Assembly (NCBI GenBank): GCA_963719945.1
Contig: CAVRDX010000003.1
Coordinates: 192,001 to 256,000 of the forward strand
Length of the DNA: 64,000 nucleotides
Source: an uncultured Thermoplasmata archaeon
GTDB lineage: Archaea > Thermoplasmatota > Thermoplasmata > UBA10834
Direction: 5' to 3'
The number at the start of each line of letters is the position of its first letter. Within the stretch, counting starts at the first letter, position 1. Shown here one piece after another: positions 18,082 to 28,005 of the stretch. The notes under the pieces are model-generated. The model was given only the letters and a program-made list of their open reading frames with translations. It searched no databases and was not told the origin of the DNA. A program made the position numbers and the translations under genes.

Positions 18082-18957
18082 ATGGAAGCGTCAAAGTGTC
18101 CGAAGTGTGGCGAAGAGCCTTTCTTCGTTGAGCACATCGAGAAATGGTACTGCTACGAGTGTAACACTTATGTCGACGGGACCGAGGAAGACCATGAACA
18201 TGCCGAGGAAGCCGTCGAGCACATAGAACCGCAGGTGGCATCTGAGACCGCCCCAGCTGTCGCACAGCCCGAACAGATGGATGGAGTCCCCGCCCGCGAG
18301 GAATTCAAGGATTACTCTGATGATTACGAAGATGAATTGGCCGCTGATCTGGCGGAGATATCCGAGGTCGAGCCTAAAGAGGCTATGATGTCAGCGATTC
18401 CGGAAGGGGTGCCTGATGTTGTGGTGCCCGCTGCGGAGCCCAAGACTGACATGACCATCAGGATGTGTACCAACTGCGGCCAACCTCTGAAGTGGATCGA
18501 AAAGTACCAGCGGCACTACTGCTACGGGTGCAAGAAATATGCGCCCAAGGAGGACAAGCCGAAGGAAGAGGCAAAGCCTGCTCCGGAGATGAAGGCGTGC
18601 CCGGATTGCGGCGGCGAACTCAAGTACATCGAGAAGTACTCTGAGTGGTACTGTCACAGCTGCAAGAAGTACCCTCTGCGCCGGAAGAAGGAGGTCGAGC
18701 AGCCCAAGCCGGCCGTGGAACAGACACCAAAGCCCTCGGGTGCCGGAATGTGCCCGAAGTGCGGCAAGCCTCTGAAATGGATCGAGAAGTACGAACGGCA
18801 CTACTGCGTTGCGTGCAAGGAATACGCGCCAAAGGCGAAGAAGACCTGTCCGACCTGTGGGGATGATATGAAGTTCATCCCTGAGTACAACGAATGGTAC
18901 TGCTATAAGTGCAAGAAGTACTCCCTTAGGCCGAGCAAGCCCATGCTTCTGCTCTGA
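18082..18957 (+). CDS. Protein with five tandem CxxC-x14-CxxC zinc-ribbon repeats
   Basis: Five copies of approximately CPxCGxxLx(W/F/Y)IxxYxx(W/H)YCxxCxxY with acidic and Pro/Lys-rich linkers. GGAG RBS. Confidence 0.85.
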   Translation: MEASKCPKCGEEPFFVEHIEKWYCYECNTYVDGTEEDHEHAEEAVEHIEPQVASETAPAVAQPEQMDGVPAREEFKDYSDDYEDELAADLAEISEVEPKEAMMSAIPEGVPDVVVPAAEPKTDMTIRMCTNCGQPLKWIEKYQRHYCYGCKKYAPKEDKPKEEAKPAPEMKACPDCGGELKYIEKYSEWYCHSCKKYPLRRKKEVEQPKPAVEQTPKPSGAGMCPKCGKPLKWIEKYERHYCVACKEYAPKAKKTCPTCGDDMKFIPEYNEWYCYKCKKYSLRPSKPMLLL

Positions 18958-19058
18958 AGACGCACAAACCCTCAAAACTCAGGCCGGGACGGATCACTGT
19001 CCTGGTCCTTCAAACGATTTTCTAATTATTCTATTGATGATATAATAAAATGATTGAA

Positions 19059-19085
19059 GGCTCCTTGGACCGTGGTCCAAGGGCC
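19059..19085 (-). terminator. Stem-loop terminator of the adhesin gene
   Basis: CCTTGGACC-GT-GGTCCAAGG hairpin followed on the minus strand by a T-rich tract. Confidence 0.6.
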
Positions 19086-19098
19086 GTTTTCTAGGTTT

Positions 19099-22000
19099 TC
19101 AGACGCTCTTCTTGCGCTTCATCAGCATCACGGCTGCACCGACAACGACAACCGCGATGAGTGCGCCCACTATCACGAGGGTCGTCGTGCTGATTCCTCC
19201 GCTCGTGTCGATGGTGAAGCTGACCGTCGCCTCAGTGGATTTCCCAGCTGCGTCCACGACTTCGATGGTGACTTCATGGTCGCCATCCTCGAGTCCCTCG
19301 AATGTGTGGGATGTCGAGGTCGTTCCGAGGCTCACGGCGGTTCCTCCGTCGATTGATATGAGGACCTGGGCTATCCCGCTCCCAGCATCAGAAGCAGTCC
19401 AAGAGACGGTCACATCCGACACATCGAACGCATCGTCCATGTTCGGTGTAGTTATGCTCAGGGTCGGCGCGATCGTGTCCATCCTTATCGTCACCGATTC
19501 GATGCATTCGTAGCCGCAAGCATCGGTGGCACATATCTCAAGAGTGTGCAACCCATCGGGCAGGCTCGAGAAGGTGTATGTCGTCGTGGTCGTTGGAACC
19601 TCTACCCACGCGGTCGAATCGTACCTTACCTCCATCACATCCAACCCTGATCCTGCATCCGCGGCTGACCATGTCACCGTGACGGAAGCGCTTCCGAATA
19701 GTGCGTTGGCGGTCGGGGACACTATCAAGATGCTAGGCATCGTGGTGTCGACCAGGAATGACACACTGGCGCTTGCAGTGTTTCCAGCTGCATCCGTCGC
19801 CATGACTTCGACCATGTGGTCTCCATCCTCCAGGTCATCGAATGTGTAGGTCGTCGCCATCGCGACATTCACCCAGCTACCTTCGTCCACACGTATGCTG
19901 TAGCCTGCAATGCCCGATCCTCCATCGCTACCTGTCCATGCGATGTCTACCGACGACTCTCCGAACTCATCGTCTGCCAAGGGCTCCGTAATGCTGACCA
20001 CCGGGTCTGTCGTATCCACGCGAACCGTCACCGAATCAGTTCCGTTGAGCTCGGCCGTATTGGTCACTTTCACGGATATCGTGTGCGATCCATCGGAGAC
20101 ACCCGTGAATACATGCGATACAGAAGTGTCTGCATCCTCCCAATCACCATCGTCTATTCGTATCTCTACGGTGGCGACATCTGACTGCGCCTCAGTGATT
20201 GTCCAGGTGACTGATACGCTAGATGAGTCAAGGGCAGCGCCTTCTTCAGGGCTACCTATGACTACCACTGGTGCGGAGGTATCGACGACTATCTCCACTG
20301 CATCACTAGCGGTTAGTCCCGCATTGTCGGTCGCCCTCACGGTGATCGTGTGGCTCCCCTGCGGAATGGCTGTGAAGCTGTAGGTCAGGTCCGTGCCGAC
20401 ATCGATCCATATCCCCGTATCAAGTCTGACCTCATACATCGCGATACCTGAACCTGTGTCGCTACCGGCCCATTCGACGACAACCGTTCCGGAACTGAAG
20501 ACATCATCGTCTTCCGGCGTCAATATCTCTACTGCAGGAGCGGTGGTGTCGACCTCAACAGACACGGAATCGGTTGCTTCCAACCCACCCATGTCGGTCG
20601 CCTTGACATACAACGTATGTGCCCCATCGCTCAGTCCGGAGAACTCGTAGCTTTTCACAGCATCATCAAGAACGATCCATGATCCGGTGTCGAGCATCAC
20701 CTGCATGTTAGCCAGACCTGAGGTCGCATCGGAAGATGTCCACACCATCGTAACGGTCGAAACCGCGAAGAGATCGTCCTCGTCAGGCGAGGTTATCGCC
20801 ACAGCCGGGCTGACCGTGTCAACAACTATCTGGACCGTCTCGGTCGTCTGCATGCTCGATAGGTCGGTCACCTTGACATATAACGTGTGGGAACCTTCGC
20901 TCAGATCGGCGAACACATAGCTGCTTTCCGTCGAATCTATCTCAGTCCAATCATCCGAATCGGCCTTGACCTCTATCGTGTCGATACCGAGTTGGACATC
21001 TGTAATGTCCCACTCCATCAGTACGGACGAATCTGTCATGACCTCACCATCTTCAGGCGACGTTATAGTGACGGTCGGAGCCTCTGTGTTGACCGTGAAC
21101 GACACCGATTCGGTAGCGTCCCAACCGGCAACGTCCGTCGCTCTAATGTAGACGGTGTGGCTACCGTCTGCGACGCTCATGAAGTCATGAGATGTGACTG
21201 TGCTCACGTCGATCCAGGACCCTGAATCGAGCATGATCTCGACCATATCGACACCTGTCCCGTCATCGCTTACCGTCCACTCTACTTCCACCGTAGTCGA
21301 AGTCACGACCTGGTCCTCAACCGGGGTGCTGATCTCAATCGTCGGAGCTTCAGTATCGACCATTATCGTCACATCGTCCTGGGCGTCCAATCCGCCAAGG
21401 TCGGTGGCTCTGACGTACAATGTGTGCGATCCCTCCGAAAGATCCGTGAACTCATAGCTGGTGTCCGCGACATCGATCTCGATCCATGACCCCGCATCCG
21501 CCTTTACCTGGAGCATGTCCAAACCTGTCTGGACATCTGTGATAGTCCACTCCAAGGTCACGCTGGATACCATGAACTGCTCGCCATCTTCTGGTGAGGT
21601 TATGGTCACCGTCGGGGCTTCCGTGTCAACTGTGAAGTTGACGGTGGCTGTCGTCGTGAGTCCCGCATTGTCCGTCGCCCTTACTTCGACTTTGTAGATG
21701 CCGTCTGCCATGCTCTCGAAGTCGTAGGTGACTACGGATCCGATGTCCTCCCAGCTACCTCCGTCGAGTCTGATGTCGAAGCCTGCCAGTCCGGAGCAGT
21801 CATCGCTCGCGGTCCATGAGACAGTGACGGTCGTATCCGCTATCACATCGTCCTCCGCGGGCGAGTCAATCACTATCGACGGTGCGACTGTATCCACGAT
21901 GGTGTATGTGTCGTTGGTGCCAGGCGCAGATTCCACACTTCCAGCTTCGTCGGTGGCGACCGAGTAGAACTCGTAGACACCGTCACCCGACAGGAGCGTC

Positions 22001-24678
22001 GTGTTGAACGCCATTGAGAACGGATCCGAATCATCGGAGTCGAATAGGATCCATCCGCCGTCATCCACCTGATAATACAGTTCGACTTCGCTGACTCCAT
22101 TAGCATCGGTGGCTGTTATGGACACAGTGAAATTCGCATCGGTCGTGTACATAGACAACTCATCGACGGCAGACTCTGGGGCCAGCGTGTCCACGCGTGT
22201 GTAGGTGTCATTGCCAGTCGGTGCGGCTTCCCTGTTGTCGGCGAAGTCTATGGCTATCGAATAGAACTCATAGAGTCCATCGCCGTTCATCTCTTCAGCA
22301 TCGAGATCGAAGGTGTACGGCGCTATGATGTCTGTGGCATTCAGAACGAACTGTCCAGTTCCACCATACCTGATCCAGAGTTCGACTCCCTTGACTCCCT
22401 CTTCATCGCTCGCGTCTACATCTACCGTGAATTCACTGACCATCGTGAACCCCGGCAGTGCAGAGACTTCCGATATGGGTGATCCCGTGTCTATCTGCAG
22501 GGCGAAGTTGCGTATGTATACACCATTCTTATCCACGGTCAGGGTCGCAGTGCCAAGGCAGTGGTCGGTCGCTGTGATCGCCAGGACCACTGTCCCAGGC
22601 GCATCTGCATCCGTTGCCACAGCCGAGTAGAACCCCTTGCTGTTAGTAGTAGTGCTGGTCAGCAGTTCTGCATCCTGCCATACCTCGACCAGCGCACCGC
22701 TGATGGGCGCGAGGGTCATGGCATCTATCACGGTCCCATTTATCATCGGGAATCGGTCGAGGGCAATATCATAGTCCTCCAAGGTAATGTTCCGTTCAAG
22801 CTGGAAATCGACCGACTCGAGATAGTGTTCGTCATCCGAGACATTCAAGGTCAGGTTTATCACTCGACCGACATCCGGTATGAACTCGTCTGGCAGATCA
22901 AACCCGTAGGATCCGTTCGATGGTGTCGTAAGACTGTCGACCACCGTGGTGCCATTGTATAGGACCACGCTCGCCCCGCCGATGTTGTTCGAATCGACGG
23001 CGTCGATCACGGATCCTTCGACGCGGGGTATGAGCATGGGGTAGTAAGTCCTCGAGACCACATCATTCATGGCGAGCGCGAGGTCAGCGGTCGTGTTTGC
23101 TATGTATCCTGTCTTCGTGACGCTCAAGGTGAAGATACCAGCAATTACCTCCATCTCGCAATATCCATCGGAGTCCGTCGTATCCGTCTTCACAAATGTC
23201 CCAGATTCGAGAGTTACTGTGAACCCCTCAAGGCCGATCAAGGTGACTGGAATGTAGACTTTGACCTGGACTATCGGTGGGTTCGGCTCCTCGATATATA
23301 TCCCCGCATAGACATCGACTCTACCGGCATTCAAAACCGGTATATCTGAATCATAGAGTGGATCGCCGACTGCGAAATCAGGAGCGTTATCGGAGAGTAT
23401 GTTTCCACCAACCACGACTGAACAACCGAACCAACCCGCTCCCTCGCTGGGGTCTAGGATTATATCCTCTTCGCTATCCAGGCTTTCGGCCCCAAAGTAT
23501 GCGTAGGCTCTGCCATCACCCGACGAGGCCAACTTGCTGAATGGTGCACCTACCAGGAGATCGGCATATCCATCTCCTCTGAAATCTCCGGAAGCAATGG
23601 AATAGCCCAATCCCTCTCCGCTGCTACCATCGATGGTCATGCTGACATCCCCTCTGAATCTGGAATCTCCCAGCAATATGTAGACAGATCCAGCATTCGT
23701 GCCACCATCATCACCGTAGGGCGCCCCGATTGCGATATCATCGAATGCGTCGTTGTTGATATCTTGAATCATGCAGACGCTGAATCCAAACATGTCGCCA
23801 GCCTTCTCTCCCTGCACAACGGTCGTGGTCGGGCTGGTCTTTACGATGTTCCGTATGATGTAGGCTGCACCTGTGGTTGAGCCACCGGATTTGTATCCTG
23901 GTGCTCCAACGACCATGTCGAGGGAACCGTCGCTATCGACGCTGCCTCCGCCGGAGACGGACCATCCATATCGCGCGTCTGCGACTGTGCCTGTGAATGT
24001 CTTATCTGGTGTAGTATCCATCGATGCTCCGCCATAGAATACCCTGACCAATCCGGCATCCTCAAGTCCACTCGGGTCTGCGAATGGCGCGCCTACGATG
24101 AGATCATCATATTCATCAACATTGATCCTGCCTCCAGCACCAAGCGAGTATCCCAGCTGGTTGCCGATGCTCGAACCATGTATCCATATGTCAGGAGTAC
24201 CGTCGAATCCAGAACCGCCATAGAATATGGCAACGCTTCCAGAATCCTCTCCTCCATTATCTGCGAATGGTGCGCCGACTGCAAGATCATCAATGCTGTC
24301 ACCATTCAGGTCACCTACGTTGGCGACCGCCCATCCGAACATGTCTCCTTCGCTGGTTCCATCGATGATCAATGTCACCTTCATCGGCTCGTCATCCTTT
24401 GACATATTGACAATCACTGACCCTGAGTATCCTAGGTCATCTGAATTGTTCAAAGGCGCTCCAATGATCAGGTCATCGATATTGTCGTTGTTGATATCGA
24501 TTATCGCGATCGATTTGCCGAAGTTGGAACCAGTCCACTCACCGATGACAAATTTTTCCGGTGATTGAGTGGTTGCTCCTATGCCAGTGTTCGATACGAA
24601 CATTATGGCGGCGGTCGAAAAAAGCAGGCAGAAAACTATCCCTAGCGTGGGCAATATCTTATTGGATTCCCGATTCAT
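19099..24678 (-). CDS. Large cell-surface protein: FG-GAP (integrin-alpha) beta-propeller, carboxypeptidase-regulatory-like domains, about 12 Ig-like repeats, C-terminal TM
   Basis: Signal peptide, 7 FG..DxxxDxxxD..GAP-type repeats, repeated DTxAPxVxIxSP...DGxHTxxVxATD modules, TM LVIVGALIAVVVVGAAVML followed by KRKK. Confidence 0.92.
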   Translation of the reverse strand: MNRESNKILPTLGIVFCLLFSTAAIMFVSNTGIGATTQSPEKFVIGEWTGSNFGKSIAIIDINNDNIDDLIIGAPLNNSDDLGYSGSVIVNMSKDDEPMKVTLIIDGTSEGDMFGWAVANVGDLNGDSIDDLAVGAPFADNGGEDSGSVAIFYGGSGFDGTPDIWIHGSSIGNQLGYSLGAGGRINVDEYDDLIVGAPFADPSGLEDAGLVRVFYGGASMDTTPDKTFTGTVADARYGWSVSGGGSVDSDGSLDMVVGAPGYKSGGSTTGAAYIIRNIVKTSPTTTVVQGEKAGDMFGFSVCMIQDINNDAFDDIAIGAPYGDDGGTNAGSVYILLGDSRFRGDVSMTIDGSSGEGLGYSIASGDFRGDGYADLLVGAPFSKLASSGDGRAYAYFGAESLDSEEDIILDPSEGAGWFGCSVVVGGNILSDNAPDFAVGDPLYDSDIPVLNAGRVDVYAGIYIEEPNPPIVQVKVYIPVTLIGLEGFTVTLESGTFVKTDTTDSDGYCEMEVIAGIFTLSVTKTGYIANTTADLALAMNDVVSRTYYPMLIPRVEGSVIDAVDSNNIGGASVVLYNGTTVVDSLTTPSNGSYGFDLPDEFIPDVGRVINLTLNVSDDEHYLESVDFQLERNITLEDYDIALDRFPMINGTVIDAMTLAPISGALVEVWQDAELLTSTTTNSKGFYSAVATDADAPGTVVLAITATDHCLGTATLTVDKNGVYIRNFALQIDTGSPISEVSALPGFTMVSEFTVDVDASDEEGVKGVELWIRYGGTGQFVLNATDIIAPYTFDLDAEEMNGDGLYEFYSIAIDFADNREAAPTGNDTYTRVDTLAPESAVDELSMYTTDANFTVSITATDANGVSEVELYYQVDDGGWILFDSDDSDPFSMAFNTTLLSGDGVYEFYSVATDEAGSVESAPGTNDTYTIVDTVAPSIVIDSPAEDDVIADTTVTVSWTASDDCSGLAGFDIRLDGGSWEDIGSVVTYDFESMADGIYKVEVRATDNAGLTTTATVNFTVDTEAPTVTITSPEDGEQFMVSSVTLEWTITDVQTGLDMLQVKADAGSWIEIDVADTSYEFTDLSEGSHTLYVRATDLGGLDAQDDVTIMVDTEAPTIEISTPVEDQVVTSTTVEVEWTVSDDGTGVDMVEIMLDSGSWIDVSTVTSHDFMSVADGSHTVYIRATDVAGWDATESVSFTVNTEAPTVTITSPEDGEVMTDSSVLMEWDITDVQLGIDTIEVKADSDDWTEIDSTESSYVFADLSEGSHTLYVKVTDLSSMQTTETVQIVVDTVSPAVAITSPDEDDLFAVSTVTMVWTSSDATSGLANMQVMLDTGSWIVLDDAVKSYEFSGLSDGAHTLYVKATDMGGLEATDSVSVEVDTTAPAVEILTPEDDDVFSSGTVVVEWAGSDTGSGIAMYEVRLDTGIWIDVGTDLTYSFTAIPQGSHTITVRATDNAGLTASDAVEIVVDTSAPVVVIGSPEEGAALDSSSVSVTWTITEAQSDVATVEIRIDDGDWEDADTSVSHVFTGVSDGSHTISVKVTNTAELNGTDSVTVRVDTTDPVVSITEPLADDEFGESSVDIAWTGSDGGSGIAGYSIRVDEGSWVNVAMATTYTFDDLEDGDHMVEVMATDAAGNTASASVSFLVDTTMPSILIVSPTANALFGSASVTVTWSAADAGSGLDVMEVRYDSTAWVEVPTTTTTYTFSSLPDGLHTLEICATDACGYECIESVTIRMDTIAPTLSITTPNMDDAFDVSDVTVSWTASDAGSGIAQVLISIDGGTAVSLGTTSTSHTFEGLEDGDHEVTIEVVDAAGKSTEATVSFTIDTSGGISTTTLVIVGALIAVVVVGAAVMLMKRKKSV

Positions 24679-24691
24679 TTCCCCTCACCCT

Positions 24692-24709
24692 CTGTGTGTT
24701 AACACACAG
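24692..24709. promoter_or_regulatory. Perfect 18-bp palindrome upstream of the adhesin RBS
   Basis: CTGTGTGTTAACACACAG. Confidence 0.5.
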
Positions 24710-24930
24710 CGTAATTGAGATTTGAAATCGCTGGACGCTATATTAATATTTTTATGGCAATCCATTGTATTAAGAATAATTATTGGTCATATCTGCCAAC
24801 TATTTACGTGCTAATGGTGGCAATTATCAAATCAAATTGTAAAAACATAATTATGTGTCTACACTTATGCTCGAAGTTGGCGCAAAAGAGATTAGGTGCA
24901 GCTTTCACTCATGTTCCAGAAGAATCGAAG

Positions 24931-25003
24931 AGCCACCGGGGAGATTCGAACTCCCGACCTGCTGATTACAAGTCAGCTGCTCTTCCAGCTGAGCTACGGT
25001 GGC
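24931..25003 (-). tRNA. tRNA-Thr(TGT)
   Basis: GCCACCG acceptor stem, GCTGA-CTTGTAA-TCAGC anticodon arm, GGGAG-TTCGAAT-CTCCC T arm. Confidence 0.96.
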
Positions 25004-25208
25004 ATGCGTGAGGGTTGCTGAGTATTGATGCGAAGCACATATAGCTTTTGACGGCTCAGGAACAGCGGGCTTTTTTCAGTAACCGACCATTATCGCAAAC
25101 GACCCTGATTCACTTGCCAGGACTGGAGATGCATCGTTCGAAATATGCATAACCTTTAAATCATGGCTAAGTATCCGCAAGAGGTGCGCATAGAGCGGTG
25201 AGAATCCC

Positions 25209-26069
25209 ATGACCGAGAAAGAAGGTGCGGAGAAGCACCACGGTAAGGACGACAAGAAGCATGTTTCCGAGTCAAAGATCAGCCCTGGAGATATCGTACT
25301 CGCAGAATTCGACGCTTGGATACAGGATACAGGCGAGTTATTCGACACTACCAGTGAGACCGTTGCCAGGGAGAACAAGATCTACAATGAGAAGATGGTC
25401 TACGGCGCTCAACCACTCATGGTCGGAAAGAGCAGATTGTTCCCTGGCCTCGATGAGCACATGTTGACTGCCGAGATCGGCAAAGAATACGAGATCACGA
25501 TACCACCTGAGAACGCTGCTGGCCCGAGGGATGCCAAGCTCGTGGAACTTCACCCAGTGCGTGAATTCCTGAAGCAAGAGATCGAGCCACAGGTCGGGCT
25601 CGAGGTGACTGTCAGGAATCGCTCCGGTACAATAACCGCGGTGACAGCTGGGAGAGTCAGAGTGGACTTCAACAACAGACTAGCTGGAAAGACCCTTAGA
25701 TACAAGTACAAGATCACGGAGAAGCCTTCGAAGCCGAAGGAGGTCGTCGAACTGGTTCTGAAGATGTCATATGGTACATCCGAAGGATTCGACATCGAGC
25801 ACCATGGCAAGGATTACAAGCTCAAGTTGCCAGATGCCTGTAAGTACGATCAGAAGTGGATCCTGAGCAAGTACAGAATAGTTACCGATCTCAGGGACGC
25901 CCTGGATGCAGAAACGGTCGCCTTCATCGAAGAGTACACCAAGCCCGAGAAGAAGGAGGAACCAAAGGTCGAGGCGAAGAAAGACGCCGTCAAGGAGACT
26001 CCGAAGGAAGATGTCAAGGGCGAGGACAAGGCTCCAGAGGAATTGACCGAGGCAGACAGGAAGGGGTAA
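25209..26069 (+). CDS. Long-type FKBP peptidyl-prolyl isomerase (SlyD-like)
   Basis: GELFDTT, FPGLDE, IPPENAAGPRD, RVRVDFNNRLAGKTL, charged C-terminal tail. Confidence 0.92.
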   Translation: MTEKEGAEKHHGKDDKKHVSESKISPGDIVLAEFDAWIQDTGELFDTTSETVARENKIYNEKMVYGAQPLMVGKSRLFPGLDEHMLTAEIGKEYEITIPPENAAGPRDAKLVELHPVREFLKQEIEPQVGLEVTVRNRSGTITAVTAGRVRVDFNNRLAGKTLRYKYKITEKPSKPKEVVELVLKMSYGTSEGFDIEHHGKDYKLKLPDACKYDQKWILSKYRIVTDLRDALDAETVAFIEEYTKPEKKEEPKVEAKKDAVKETPKEDVKGEDKAPEELTEADRKG

Positions 26070-26128
26070 TCCTTCCTGGAGCAAACCTTTTCTATTTCGC
26101 AAACCTGTTATTTTCAATATCCCATCAC

Positions 26129-26203
26129 GGGCGCGTGGCCTAGTCAGGATATGGCACTTGCCTCCTAAGCAAGTGGTCAAGGGTTCGAATCCCTTCGCGC
26201 CCG
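26129..26203 (+). tRNA. tRNA-Arg(CCT)
   Basis: GGGCGCG acceptor stem, CTTGC-CTCCTAA-GCAAG anticodon arm, AAGGG-TTCGAAT-CCCTT T arm. Confidence 0.96.
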
Positions 26204-26487
26204 CTTTCCTTTCGTCAACTTCTACGACAATCAGCATGCAATAAGACTCGAATCAAGGGTGTTGGCTATCGGTCATTCCTGAGCGGTCCGCAGCGATATG
26301 ATTAATATTCGTAAAGACAATGCTGTACTGCACTTGGAGTACACAACTCCGGGACAAACAAATGCGTGTTGGGCATTTAGGTCACACTCTTTATTGTCAA
26401 CTGTAAGCATCGCTGCGATGTCAAGTGATCAGTTCGGAGTTCCTGCCTCGTGCCTTATCTGTCTGATTGGTGTCGCGAGGAGAAACC

Positions 26488-27282
26488 ATGAACAATGCAA
26501 ACATCATCGAGGTCCTATGCGTGGATGATGAGAAATCCTTTCTTCAATTGGAGAAGGATTTCCTTGAGAGGTGTGGCTTCATCGCGGTCGACACAGCGGA
26601 TTCAGTTCCTGCTGCCTTGGAGAAGATGAAGCTGAACAGGTACGATGCTATTGTATCCGATTATCAAATGCCTGGCCCTAACGGCATAGATCTTCTGAGA
26701 TTCATCAGGGGCCAGGACGATGTGACTCCATTCATCCTATTCACTGGACGCGGCGAGAACGAAGTGGCAATCGAGGCCCTTTCAGAAGGCGCGACGTTCT
26801 ATGTTGAAAAGGGCTGTAATCCACAATCATTGTTCATTGAATTGATCGATATGATCAAGTCGTCAGTCGAGCACTCCCGTATCTCCAGTCATGGTCAAGC
26901 TCCCAATGACAAGACCGCCTATCTCCGAGCGAATGGCGATGATATCGTGATGATTCTCGATGGCAAAGGACGAATCATCAGCTGCAATGACCGTTCTGAG
27001 ACGATGACGGGTTACAGCAAGAGTGAGATGATTGGCAGGAGCATCACGGAATTCGTAGCATTGGGAAATGCCCAACCCCGTCTTGACTTCGAAGATCCTT
27101 CATTAGGCAGAGAACTTGGATTGGACTGTGAGGTCAGGTTGATCAGGAAGGATTGCGGGGAGTTACGAGCAATCGTCAGTTCCGCTACCATAAGACACCA
27201 ATCTAATAGCAGGTTGGGTGAATCGATTTGGGTGATACGCGATCTCTCCCGAGAAGACAAGGTTCGACATGAAGACGGATGA
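26488..27282 (+). CDS. Response regulator receiver plus PAS domain protein
   Basis: VLCVDDE, IVSDYQMP (phospho-Asp), FTGRG, YVEKG, PAS ILDGKGRIISCN...TGYSKSEMIG. Confidence 0.9.
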   Translation: MNNANIIEVLCVDDEKSFLQLEKDFLERCGFIAVDTADSVPAALEKMKLNRYDAIVSDYQMPGPNGIDLLRFIRGQDDVTPFILFTGRGENEVAIEALSEGATFYVEKGCNPQSLFIELIDMIKSSVEHSRISSHGQAPNDKTAYLRANGDDIVMILDGKGRIISCNDRSETMTGYSKSEMIGRSITEFVALGNAQPRLDFEDPSLGRELGLDCEVRLIRKDCGELRAIVSSATIRHQSNSRLGESIWVIRDLSREDKVRHEDG

Positions 27283-27413
27283 ATAGTAGGCAGAACCCTT
27301 GGAACCGGCTTTTTCATAGAAGGTTCTTTAACTACGCCAGATCGATTACAGTACTGCCAGAACTTGTCTTCACCCGTGGTGATGACCGTTCCAGGGGCAA
27401 AGAGGTGAAAAGG

Positions 27414-27881
27414 ATGGGGACCTCCGCGCAACCAAGCGCTAGACATTGTGTGTCATGTGGAAAGGAGATTTCGAACGATGCCAACGTGTGCCAACACTGT
27501 GGCCATGATTATCGTGTCCCGGTCGTGGGCGTCGCTTCGACCAAGAAGACCGCGTTGCCAGTCGTGGGCGGTGTGCTCATACTGATAGGTGCTCTTCTCG
27601 AGGTCCTCATGGGCCTTGCTCTCGTGGGCAGTATTGGTGCTCTTGACAGCATCATGATTGTCGATGTCGAAGGTATCGATGCGTTCCAGGACATGGTGAC
27701 AGCGTGCGGCATCATATGGCTGATCATGGGTCTGATCGGTGTACTTGGTGGGATATTCGGGGTCATGCGGAAACACTATGGGCTCGCGATACTCGGTGGA
27801 GTCTTCGCGTTGCCAGGGTTCGGCATATTTGCGCTGATCGGGATAATCCTGGTTGCAGTCTCGAAGAGAGAGTTCAGCTGA
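27414..27881 (+). CDS. Zinc-ribbon membrane protein
   Basis: CVSCG...CQHCG followed by 3-4 TM helices. GAGGTGA RBS. Confidence 0.8.
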   Translation: MGTSAQPSARHCVSCGKEISNDANVCQHCGHDYRVPVVGVASTKKTALPVVGGVLILIGALLEVLMGLALVGSIGALDSIMIVDVEGIDAFQDMVTACGIIWLIMGLIGVLGGIFGVMRKHYGLAILGGVFALPGFGIFALIGIILVAVSKREFS

Positions 27882-28005
27882 ACTCCGATCCGTGATACCT
27901 AGTTCAAACCCTTTCCATTCTAAATATTTTCATCCTGGTTCTAGCGATGGGTGACTATCCCTAGGTACGACTGGCTATTCTCTTACTCGTGTCGTTCTCT
28001 GAATA

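Noticed and set aside
19099-22500. Periodic repeats that might be a CRISPR array or tandem DNA repeat
   Set aside because: They are diverged protein-coding Ig repeats of about 270 nt, with no identical repeat-spacer pattern.
25233-25815. HHGKD occurring twice in the FKBP
   Set aside because: Too short to distinguish from chance, and there is no SlyD-like His/Cys-rich tail.
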